A stretch of 64,000 nt of DNA, from NCBI GenBank assembly GCA_041661445.1, contig JBAZUK010000001.1:450027-514026 (forward strand), read 5' to 3'. Shown piece by piece: positions 49,486 to 57,889 of the stretch (positions are counted from its first letter, which is position 1; every line of letters starts with the position of its first letter). Made by a program: the position numbers and the translations under genes. The DNA is from Parachlamydiales bacterium (GTDB lineage Bacteria > Chlamydiota > Chlamydiia > Chlamydiales > SM23-39). Under the pieces are notes generated by a model. The model made no database searches. It worked only from the letters and a program-made list of their open reading frames with translations, and was not told where the DNA came from.

Positions 49486-49845
49486 ATGACAAGATCTACA
49501 TGTGCAGTTGCTTCAAGAAAAAGAAGAAAACGCATATTAAAATTAGCTAAAGGATTTTATGGAGATAGAAAAAATCACGTTCGTCTAACAAAAGATGCTG
49601 TGATGAAAGCTTTATCTTTTAAATATATCCACAGAAAAAAGAAAAAAGCTGATTTTAAAAAGCTATGGGTTATCAGAATCAACAGTGCGGCCAGAATGAA
49701 TGGTATCAGCTACAGCAGATTGATCTGCGGAATGAAAAAAGCAAATTGCATTGTTAATAGAAAAGTATTAGCTGAATTGGCTTTAAATGATTTGAACACA
49801 TTTAATGAGATTGCATCTCAAGCAAAAAAAGCATTAACAGTTTAA
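49486..49845 (+). CDS. rplT: 50S ribosomal protein L20
   Basis: 119 aa. RKRRKRILKLAKGFYGDRKN and RINSAARMNGISYSRL. Confidence 0.95.
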   Translation: MTRSTCAVASRKRRKRILKLAKGFYGDRKNHVRLTKDAVMKALSFKYIHRKKKKADFKKLWVIRINSAARMNGISYSRLICGMKKANCIVNRKVLAELALNDLNTFNEIASQAKKALTV

Positions 49846-49851
49846 GAATCT

Positions 49852-50880
49852 ATGTTGAATTCAAAAATTAATGATATTAGAGAAAAATTTTTACATGAAT
49901 TCAAAATAGCTAAAGATGCTAAACAAATAGAAAATCTGAAAATTAAATATCTTGGCAAGAAAGGTCTTGTTCAGGAATTAATGCTTTTTTTAAAAGATGC
50001 AACTTCAGAAGAAAGACCTCTTCTTGGAAAATTGATCAACGATCTGAAGCAGGAAATTACTTCTCATTTGGAAAATTCTATAAAAAGAATTGCCTTAGAA
50101 GAAGAAAACAGCAAAGTTCAAAATGAATATCTAGATGTTACTCTTCCGGGAAGAAAGCATTTCTGGGGGAAATCTCACCCTGTATCTTTAGTTTTAAATA
50201 AAATGATAGATATCGCAAATTCAATGGGATTTTCAACTGAAACTGGTCCTGAAGTGGAAAGTGATTTTTACAATTTTGAAGCGTTGAATTTTTCTAAGGA
50301 CCATCCTGCTAGAGATATGCAGGATACGTTTTATATTACAGATGATCTTCTTTTGAGAACTCATACCAGCAATATTCAAGTAAGAGTAATGGAGAAATTT
50401 AAACCTCCTATTAGATGTCTAGCTCCCGGTAAATGTTTTAGAAATGAAAACATATCATCCAGATCTCATGTTTTTTTTCACCAGATTGAACTTTTTTACA
50501 TAGATGAACATGTAACTTTTTCCGATCTATTTGCTACTCTTGATGAATTTTGGTTCAAATTGTTTAACAAGAAAGTTGAAACAAGGTACAGACCTAGTTA
50601 TTTTCCTTTCGTAGAACCTGGTGTTGAAGCTGATATAAAATGTTTTATCTGTTCAGGACAAGGATGCAAAGTTTGTAAAAATTCAGGTTGGCTAGAAGTT
50701 GTTGGAGCGGGAATGATTCATCCTAATGTTTTAAAAGCAGGCGGCATCGATCCTGAAAAATATTCCGGATACGCTGCAGGACTTGGTGTAGAAAGACTTG
50801 CTATGCTGATGTATGGAATAAATGATATTCGAATGTTTACTGAAAATGATATGAGGTTCTTAGAACAATTTAGCTTGTAA
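49852..50880 (+). CDS. pheS: Phenylalanyl-tRNA synthetase alpha subunit
   Basis: HPARDMQDTFY, class II motif 2 CFRNENISSRSHVFFHQIE and motif 3 GYAAGLGVERLAM. Confidence 0.95.
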   Translation: MLNSKINDIREKFLHEFKIAKDAKQIENLKIKYLGKKGLVQELMLFLKDATSEERPLLGKLINDLKQEITSHLENSIKRIALEEENSKVQNEYLDVTLPGRKHFWGKSHPVSLVLNKMIDIANSMGFSTETGPEVESDFYNFEALNFSKDHPARDMQDTFYITDDLLLRTHTSNIQVRVMEKFKPPIRCLAPGKCFRNENISSRSHVFFHQIELFYIDEHVTFSDLFATLDEFWFKLFNKKVETRYRPSYFPFVEPGVEADIKCFICSGQGCKVCKNSGWLEVVGAGMIHPNVLKAGGIDPEKYSGYAAGLGVERLAMLMYGINDIRMFTENDMRFLEQFSL

Positions 50881-50918
50881 TTATCTTAAAGTTTTATATA
50901 ATATAATATATCTTTTTT

Positions 50919-51005
50919 GGAAGAGTGGTAGAGCGGCTGATTGCGTCTGTCTTGAAAACAGAATTGCCAGCGATGGCAACGGGGGTTCGAATCCCTCCTC
51001 TTCCG
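50919..51005 (+). tRNA. tRNA-Ser (anticodon TGA)
   Basis: 87 nt, class II tRNA. Acceptor stem GGAAGAG/CTCTTCC, anticodon arm TCTGT-CTTGAAA-ACAGA, long variable arm TTGCCA-GCGA-TGGCAA, T arm GGGGG-TTCGAAT-CCCTC, discriminator G. Confidence 0.9.
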
Positions 51006-51122
51006 ATTTTCAGTTTTTTGATCCACACATACGCCTAAACAATAATTAATTGATCGTTAAATAAATTTTCATCTTATGCATTAGCAAAAATAAAATAAGC
51101 TATATTCGAAACTTTGAGGCCG

Positions 51123-51151
51123 TTTCTGGCATTTACATTTCATGCCAGAAA
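51123..51151. repeat. Perfect 10-bp inverted repeat (hairpin) about 120 bp downstream of tRNA-Ser
   Basis: TTTCTGGCAT (51123-51132) and ATGCCAGAAA (51142-51151) flank a 9-nt loop. No T-run follows. Confidence 0.4.
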
Positions 51152-51492
51152 TTATACTGTGAAGAAAAATTTTATTCAAAAATTTTTTAGTGAAATTAAA
51201 AAAATATTTAGGGATTGCCAGATCTTTTGGGGATGGTCGTCTTATGCAACAAAATCCAAGAAAAGTATAAATTAATTTTTTAAATGTTATTAAATATTTA
51301 TACTATTAATGATTAATAAAATAATTATTTATTTTAAAGGTTAAATTATGTATAATTTATCTAGTTTTATATCGAAGAAACTTTGAAATTCGGCAACAAT
51401 TTGGCAACTTTATTCTTTCATAAGAAGAAAATAATCATTTTTTTAACGGATTTCTTAGATTTTATATATATATTTTTGATTAGGAGTTAATT

Positions 51493-52329
51493 ATGTCTTA
51501 TTATTTGTCAAAATATTTTCAATGGACCCCATCAATTTTTTATGGATTTGGTGCAATCTATCAATTTATTGGACCTACTTTAAATCGTAAAAGAGATGGA
51601 GAAACTCAATCATTAATATTTTTTTTACCAGATCTTTATGATAAAGTTAAAGATTTAAGTAAAAATATTTTTATCTATCGAGTAGAAAAATTTGACCCTG
51701 CTGCTAATGTAGGAACTAGTATTTGTGCAAACATTTATTGTGATAATGATTTTTTTTCTCTTGATCCAAATTTATTGAATTTTAACTTAAAACATGAAGC
51801 TTCACATATTTATCATAATGATAATTTATTAACATCCGGAGCAGCCTTTCTTGCTAGTACTGTTGCTGCATTCGCTGTCCCATATTTAAAATCCTGTGTT
51901 GTGTCCCGTTCGCCATGGTGGGCAGCTACTCCAACTTCTATTGCAATGGCTGCCATCCCTTCTTATGCAGGATTTTTGACTAGAAAAGCTTTTATAAAAC
52001 ATACAGAGTATAGAGCTGATAACTTTGCATTAACCAACTCAACACCTGAAGAATTACTTGCTGGAAAAAGAATGTTTAGCACTTTTGTTGAGCTGAATAA
52101 AGAACTCTCAAAAAAATACCCCCAACTGTTTAATAGTGAAGGAAATTTTATCAGTTTAGTAAATGATCATCCGCCTTATACTGAACGTCTGAAAATGATC
52201 CAAGATGAACTTGAGAAAAGACATATAGGTGACGAGCAAAATACACTGGAGAAATCCGAAAAAGATCAAGAAATGAGAGATTATCTGTTAAACTTTTATC
52301 AAACACAGGGTATAAAATTAGAAGATTAA
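51493..52329 (+). CDS. Membrane zinc metallopeptidase, M48/M56-like
   Basis: AGGAG ribosome-binding site. HEASH (HExxH), two following TM helices, and a downstream EYRADNFA (ExxAD, third zinc-ligand motif). Confidence 0.6.
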   Translation: MSYYLSKYFQWTPSIFYGFGAIYQFIGPTLNRKRDGETQSLIFFLPDLYDKVKDLSKNIFIYRVEKFDPAANVGTSICANIYCDNDFFSLDPNLLNFNLKHEASHIYHNDNLLTSGAAFLASTVAAFAVPYLKSCVVSRSPWWAATPTSIAMAAIPSYAGFLTRKAFIKHTEYRADNFALTNSTPEELLAGKRMFSTFVELNKELSKKYPQLFNSEGNFISLVNDHPPYTERLKMIQDELEKRHIGDEQNTLEKSEKDQEMRDYLLNFYQTQGIKLED

Positions 52330-52340
52330 AAATCTTTTTA

Positions 52341-52511
52341 ACAATTTTTTATCATAGGTATTGAAAAGTTAATAACGAGCGAGGATAAAAGATTGACTCC
52401 CTTAACATGTCTTCTTTTGGCAAGCGAATAGTGCCAGCAGATGATTTCATTTTCCTTCGTATGTGTCTGATCTTCAATTGTATCATCGAGGGTTAGAATC
52501 CCTCCCACTTT
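52341..52511 (-). pseudogene. Decayed fragment of an IS4-like DDE transposase
   Basis: The minus-strand translation KVGGILTLDDTIEDQTHTKENEIICWHYSLAKRRHVKGVNLLSSL is bounded by stops. Its pattern DDT...K..E....WHYS......VKG.NLL resembles the first-Asp region of IS4-type transposases as I remember it (DDS.LDKPY.K..E.V..HWSGKH..VV.GINLL). Confidence 0.35.
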
Positions 52512-52796
52512 TTAGTACTATTTTTATGCAGCAAAAAAGAGCTAATCTTGAAAATGTTGTTTTATGTCATGAAGATTTCCAGGAAAATGTTTTATTCGAG
52601 AAAAAATAGCTAGAATTGATTGGTCAGATACTATTACAAACTTTATTAATATATATTTAATTTATATATTTTTTTTAACGAATAACTGTTTTATGATCAA
52701 AAACGTTAAAATAATGTTAAAAAAAATGATTTTAACGTTTATGTTTACAAAATAGTATTAATTATGATATTATAAAAATAAATTAATGGGCTTCAT

Positions 52797-53693
52797 ATGG
52801 TTAAAATTTTAAGCATTTATAACAAAATTGATGCTCTTCGTGCCAGATATTTCCAAGCTGCTGCCGGCAAAGATGAATTGCTTAAAATTATTTCCGAAGC
52901 AGAAGTCGCTGAACATGTATACAATTCTAATGCTATTGAAAACAGTACTTTAACTTTAGAAGAAACGGACAAAATTTTAAATCAAATTGATTGTGACAGA
53001 TTCATCTCTATAAGAGAAATGTTTGAAGCAAAAAACTTGGCAAGAGTTGTTTTATATCTTGATAAGAAAGCAAAAGAACAGGAATTGAATCTTAATGCTA
53101 TGCTTTTTTTACACAAAATACTGCTCTCTAACATCAATGATGATATAGCTGGAAGATTTAGAAAGGATAATGAATTTGTACGTGTGGGAAGTCATATTGC
53201 ACCTAATCCCAAGGAAGTGATTAGCCGCCTTGAAGAAATGCTGATTGAATATAATTCAACCCACTCTGAAAACATTATTAAACGTATAGCTAAATTGCAT
53301 TTAGCTTTTGAATACATACATCCTTTTTGCGACGGTAATGGACGAATTGGCAGAGTTATCAATAATTATCTTTTGATAAGAGAGGGGTATGTTCCCATTA
53401 ATATTAAATTTATTGATAGAAAAAATTATTACCAGGCTTTTAATGAATTCGATTGGAATAATAAAACGGCTATTATGGAAAATATCGTTGGCAAAGCCCT
53501 TACCAATAGTTATTACAAAAGATTAGCATATCTGGAAGGATATGAAATAGTTTCTCTTTCGGAATATTCAAAAAGGAAAAAACTATCTTATCCCAATTTG
53601 ATTAATAAAGCGAAAAGACAAACAATTGAGGCTTTTTTAGAAAAGGGAGAATGGAAAATTGCTATTTCGACGGCCAATGAGAAAACTTTATGA
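52797..53693 (+). CDS. Fic-domain protein (AMPylase family), class II with an N-terminal inhibitory helix
   Basis: Canonical Fic motif HPFCDGNGRIGR. An upstream SNAIEN matches the (S/T)xxxE(G/N) inhibitory motif. Confidence 0.9.
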   Translation: MVKILSIYNKIDALRARYFQAAAGKDELLKIISEAEVAEHVYNSNAIENSTLTLEETDKILNQIDCDRFISIREMFEAKNLARVVLYLDKKAKEQELNLNAMLFLHKILLSNINDDIAGRFRKDNEFVRVGSHIAPNPKEVISRLEEMLIEYNSTHSENIIKRIAKLHLAFEYIHPFCDGNGRIGRVINNYLLIREGYVPINIKFIDRKNYYQAFNEFDWNNKTAIMENIVGKALTNSYYKRLAYLEGYEIVSLSEYSKRKKLSYPNLINKAKRQTIEAFLEKGEWKIAISTANEKTL

Positions 53694-54039
53694 CCTAAAA
53701 GTAAATGAGTTTTAATGATCAATCTAACAATGATAATTTTCTAAAGATATTAAAAACTGTTTCTTACTGTTTTTTGCTGATTTATAATTTTATACAAATT
53801 TCATTTTTTCACACATTAAGTGTTTTTTTTCTTGGTGTTTGTTTTAATATAAAGAGCTGGGTGCGGATATAGTGAAGGGTGGAGCGAAACGACGTGAATT
53901 GATTGTGACTTTTTGCATTGAAATTAAAAAGTGGTTCTTAGATTAAAAATAATCTACTTGATGATTTTTTTTTCTTAAATCTTGTCTTTTAAGAAAAACA
54001 ATTTAAAATTAATGAGAAAGAAAAAAAAGGTTATTTGTT

Positions 54040-54810
54040 ATGAAAAATTCCTCCAATGCTCCCTATTCAAACTTTGCTCTTCCTTATTCTCTTACAAGTG
54101 AAGCATATTTTAGTGAAAAAATGGCTGATTTGATATTGAATATTACATCTTCTTCAGGTTTGAAAATTAAACATATAATCGATCTTGCATGTGGGGTTGG
54201 CACTGCGTGTTTATATTTTTCAAATAAAGGGTATGAAGTTATGGGAGTTGACATTTCCAAGAATATGCTTGATGAGGCCGAAAAAAAAGCAAAAAAAATG
54301 GGATATAATATTGATTGGGTTCAGCAAAATATGAAAGATCTCTCTGTTATTAGAAAAGCAGATCTAGTGACTTGTATGTATGATAGTATTAATTTTATGC
54401 AAAATAATGATGAATTATTCCATGTGTTTAAAAAAGTGTTTGATTCAATCAATCATAAGGGATTATTTGTTTTTGATATGTATACCATTTTGGGGCTAGG
54501 AACTTGTTGGGGAAATCAAGATCAGATTCATACGGACATACCTGGGCATTTTATTGCTACAAAAACTACCTGGGATTCAAAAACAAAAATTGCAACTAAG
54601 ACATTTCACGGTTTTATGCAAATAAATGAAGATTGGAAAAGATGGGAAGAAAAACATGTAATGTCAGCTTTTCAATTAGATGAGATAAAAGATGGGCTAA
54701 CCCAAAGCGGATTTTCAAGTATTTCTATATATGGTATAGATGGTTTTCATTTATCGGATGTATCTGATTCAACGAAAAGAATTCTGATTGTAGCGGGAAA
54801 AGGCAAATAA
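54040..54810 (+). CDS. Class I SAM-dependent methyltransferase
   Basis: Motif I IIDLACGVGTACLYF, then GVDISKNMLDEA, and the post-I/II pattern DLVTCMYDSINF. Confidence 0.8.
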   Translation: MKNSSNAPYSNFALPYSLTSEAYFSEKMADLILNITSSSGLKIKHIIDLACGVGTACLYFSNKGYEVMGVDISKNMLDEAEKKAKKMGYNIDWVQQNMKDLSVIRKADLVTCMYDSINFMQNNDELFHVFKKVFDSINHKGLFVFDMYTILGLGTCWGNQDQIHTDIPGHFIATKTTWDSKTKIATKTFHGFMQINEDWKRWEEKHVMSAFQLDEIKDGLTQSGFSSISIYGIDGFHLSDVSDSTKRILIVAGKGK

Positions 54811-54814
54811 ATAT

Positions 54815-55723
54815 TTAGCTTCTTTTTTTCAGAGCTTCGTTATATGTAGCATAAAGCACGCCGCCGATTACTAATATGCTTCCGAATAATACATTAGAAG
54901 TAGGATGTTCATTAAATATTAAAATACTAAAAAAGCATGAAAAAATTAATTCAGAATATCTCAATGGTGCAAGTGAAAGAATAGTTGTTGCAGACAAAGA
55001 CATAAAAGAAAAAACTTGGATAAATGTAGCGCTAGCTCCCAACAAAAATAATAAAAAAAGATCATGAAAATTTGGGGTCACCCAAGTGAAAATTGACATA
55101 AATCCTGTTAAAATAGTAGTCCCAAGATTGAAATAAAATAATAAAGTATACGGTTTTTCTAAAATGAGTAATTTTTTGTTTATTATATCTAAATAAGTAA
55201 ACAAGAAGGCACTTGCAAGCGGAACGAGTGTAATAAAAGAAAAAAAGTCTTTTTTTTCTGGATTTAGTACTATTACAATACCAATGAATCCTAAAATGTT
55301 TGTAAGAAGTCTTTGATAGGTTAACTTTTCTTTTAATAATAGTACTGCCATCGGGAGAAAAAAAAGAGGTTGGGAAAATGAAAGCACAGTAACTTCTGGT
55401 AAGGAAAAAAGGGTCGTTGCATAACAAGATAAAGTAATTGCTGTAACACCAAGAATAATTCTATTAAAATGAATTTTAATATTTTGAGTTTTTAATGAAC
55501 TGACTTTTGAAAATATTAATGGAGAAATAAAAATTAATCCAAACAAAGAACGGAAAAAAACAATCTGGAAAGGGGGTAAATGATATCCTGTGCTTTTCAT
55601 TAAAATATCATTCAAATTACTTGTTAAACAACATAATATTGTCCAAAAAGATCCTTGTAAATAACCTTTTTGAGTTATCCATCTTGTCTTATTTTGATCA
55701 AACTCTTGCATATTTCTTTCCAC
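54815..55723 (-). CDS. EamA/DMT-superfamily transporter
   Basis: 302 aa with about 10 hydrophobic helices in two EamA-like halves. Its 5' end overlaps the upstream gene in the operon. Confidence 0.8.
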   Translation of the reverse strand: MERNMQEFDQNKTRWITQKGYLQGSFWTILCCLTSNLNDILMKSTGYHLPPFQIVFFRSLFGLIFISPLIFSKVSSLKTQNIKIHFNRIILGVTAITLSCYATTLFSLPEVTVLSFSQPLFFLPMAVLLLKEKLTYQRLLTNILGFIGIVIVLNPEKKDFFSFITLVPLASAFLFTYLDIINKKLLILEKPYTLLFYFNLGTTILTGFMSIFTWVTPNFHDLFLLFLLGASATFIQVFSFMSLSATTILSLAPLRYSELIFSCFFSILIFNEHPTSNVLFGSILVIGGVLYATYNEALKKRS

Positions 55724-56516
55724 AAGTCAGTTGCAAAATGTTTGATAGATTTTCGAAGTCTTGAGGTATTCTAATTGAAGCATCTTGGCTATAATCATTT
55801 TCTAAAATTAATAACCCATTATATTTTTTTTGATAAAGATTTTCTAATGTGGTTTTTAAGTTAGTATTACCTTCTCCTAAACGAGCATTACCCATAATGT
55901 TATTTAGACCATCTTTTATATGAATTTGATTTGTTAATTTAAAATGAAGTTTATCAATTATTTGATTAATTGAATGATTCCATAGAATTGGATTTTGTGT
56001 ATCAAGAAGTAGACGTAGATTATTTCTATTTACATCATTTATTAAAAATTCATTTTCATCAGCCCCAAGAGTGTTTTCAGTTACAATTGTAAGGTTTTTT
56101 TTTATTACATAATCGCAGGCATATTTTAAAATTTCGGCGGTTTTATTTCTTCCTTCGATATTTTTAATTTCACTTTTATTGAAACTTGGAAAATAAAGAA
56201 TTGGGACTTCTAAAGCCTCTGCTGCATCAACAGCAGAGTTTATGATTTCTTTTAGATAGTCATCAATTTTTCCATTTTTATCTACTAACAAACCGAAAAT
56301 TTCTAAAGAATTTAATGCTATAGCGGTAATAAAAACATTAAATCTGTTTACCATTTCTTTGTACTTTTTAATTGCTTCTTTTTTGCCTAGATAATATTGC
56401 TCATCAGGCAATCCAGCATTAATATGTATATAAGAAAATCCTAAAGTGTGAGCTCGTTTCAAAGACTCTGGTCCGCAAGGGCAATCAAGAGTCCATTGAG
56501 TAACACCTATTTTCAT
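55698..56516 (-). CDS. Xylose-isomerase-like TIM-barrel protein (sugar-phosphate/inosose isomerase-epimerase-dehydratase family)
   Basis: 272 aa with an alternating beta/alpha pattern. It shows features typical of the AP-endonuclease-2/IolE-IolI fold (GFSYIHIN, ILYFPSF, IVTENT, LLLDTQNP, HIKD, LILEND). Assignment is by pattern only. Confidence 0.6.
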   Translation of the reverse strand: MKIGVTQWTLDCPCGPESLKRAHTLGFSYIHINAGLPDEQYYLGKKEAIKKYKEMVNRFNVFITAIALNSLEIFGLLVDKNGKIDDYLKEIINSAVDAAEALEVPILYFPSFNKSEIKNIEGRNKTAEILKYACDYVIKKNLTIVTENTLGADENEFLINDVNRNNLRLLLDTQNPILWNHSINQIIDKLHFKLTNQIHIKDGLNNIMGNARLGEGNTNLKTTLENLYQKKYNGLLILENDYSQDASIRIPQDFENLSNILQLTCGKKYARV

Positions 56517-57741
56517 TGTAACATATCTCCAATCTATTCAAAGCTTCAGATAAACACGATTTATCTAAGTCAATTAAATTTTCCACGAATACACAACTTC
56601 CTATCTTACATGGAATGACCAAATTTAAATTCCCCCCCCTATGAGCAATAATTGAAGAAAGTGAGGCCCATAAGTGTTCAAGATTCAAAACAGGATCAAA
56701 GATCGGAAGTTTCAATGTCGTGAAAAGATTTAGTATTTCTTCTAAAGTTTGTTGATCGATTAATCCCTTTAAATAACTTATTTGGCAAGATATAGCCATA
56801 TCTATCGCGACAGCTTCACCATGTAAAACTTGATAATTTGATGATTGTTCTATGTATTGACTAAATGAATGGCCAAAATCAACAGCTCTTTTGTAAGTAT
56901 TATGTTCATATAGGTTATCTGAAAGCTCTTCTAACATACTCACAATAGAACGTCGGATTATTTCGTCATTAATATTTTCAGGCTGCTGAAGGCATGAAGA
57001 TTGCAGTTTCACGCCGAAGTCTAACCATAATTTAAATAATTTACCATCTGCTATAAGACCCATCTTAAGACTTTCGGCAATACCGCAATTGATGTATCTT
57101 AATGGTAATGTAGCTAAAAATGTTGAATCTATTATTGAAGCTTCTGGTGGATAAAAGGTTCCTAATAAATTTTTCTTTTTTCCTAAATTTATTCCATTTT
57201 TAGTTGCTATCCCAGCATCAATAAGACCAACAAAAGTTGTTGGTATCTTAATGTGGGGAACTCCACGTCTGAATAAAGCGGCTACAAGCCCGCAAATATC
57301 TAAACAAGTGCCTCCACCAACTGCAACAATGGGATGGTCTCTTTTAAGTTCAATATTATTTGCATGTTCACAAATAGATATAACTGTTTGCAAATTTTTG
57401 TTTTCTTCTCCAGATTTTGTGACATAGAGTTGTGAATCAAAAATGTTTTTTCTGTTTTGTAAAAAAACTGAAATTTTTTTTCCATATAATTTCCATATTT
57501 TTTCACTTAAAATAAATAAAGGTGATTTTCCCCTTAATAGATTATCTAATGCGAAGTTTTTTTCATTGAAAATATCTTTTGTTAAAATAATATTATGCTT
57601 TCGAAACAGCATTGTAGAGAGCATTAAATTTTCCGGTTTTTTTTTTAAATTTGAATGACTGAAGGGAGTATTGCTTTTATCATTATTGTTTTTAAGCATC
57701 TTTATTTGCTGGATAAAAGCATTTTGTGTCATAAATTCCAA
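56485..57741 (-). CDS. Sugar-phosphate cyclase of the 3-dehydroquinate-synthase superfamily (2-deoxy-scyllo-inosose synthase / sedoheptulose-7-P cyclase-like)
   Basis: NAD site VAVGGGTCLDICG, KIPTTFVGLIDAGIATKNGINL, NLLGTFYPP, and metal/active-site region DFGHSFSQYIE...LHGEAVAIDM. The true start may be the ATG at 57732; 57741 is TTG. Confidence 0.8.
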   Translation of the reverse strand: MEFMTQNAFIQQIKMLKNNNDKSNTPFSHSNLKKKPENLMLSTMLFRKHNIILTKDIFNEKNFALDNLLRGKSPLFILSEKIWKLYGKKISVFLQNRKNIFDSQLYVTKSGEENKNLQTVISICEHANNIELKRDHPIVAVGGGTCLDICGLVAALFRRGVPHIKIPTTFVGLIDAGIATKNGINLGKKKNLLGTFYPPEASIIDSTFLATLPLRYINCGIAESLKMGLIADGKLFKLWLDFGVKLQSSCLQQPENINDEIIRRSIVSMLEELSDNLYEHNTYKRAVDFGHSFSQYIEQSSNYQVLHGEAVAIDMAISCQISYLKGLIDQQTLEEILNLFTTLKLPIFDPVLNLEHLWASLSSIIAHRGGNLNLVIPCKIGSCVFVENLIDLDKSCLSEALNRLEICYNENRCYSMDS

Positions 57742-57889
57742 TACCTTAAATTTTTCAATTTTTCATATACAAAGATTATATTTTATAAAACTATAAAAAT
57801 TAAAAAGATTTTAATGTTAAAAAATAAATAACGCCAACTTTTTTTAATTTTTTTTTAATTTTTTTCTTTTTAGTTTTTTTTCCTATCAG

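Noticed and set aside
50919-51005. I checked whether the long-arm tRNA could be tRNA-Sec.
   Set aside because: The anticodon loop is CTTGAAA, so the anticodon is TGA (reads UCA, Ser), not TCA. The acceptor and T-stem lengths fit an ordinary class II tRNA-Ser.
52487-52505. A 19-nt stretch (cgagggttagaatccctcc) matches the T-arm/3' part of tRNA-Ser (50980-50998) at 17 of 19 positions. I considered it as an attR-type direct repeat delimiting a ~1.5 kb islet.
   Set aside because: I do not call it an att site. The same bases encode GGILTLDD of the transposase-like remnant on the minus strand. The match is short, the conserved T-loop sequence recurs easily, and no integrase or second boundary is visible. 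It is mentioned only as a possibility within the island finding.
55062-55427. A 121-aa minus-strand ORF in an alternative frame within the EamA transporter gene. I grouped it with the 54876-55067, 57300-57506, 57443-57658, 58258-58443, 60804-61085 and 62577-62855 ORFs inside cyclitol-operon genes.
   Set aside because: All are nested in longer ORFs that carry clear family motifs. None has a recognisable domain.
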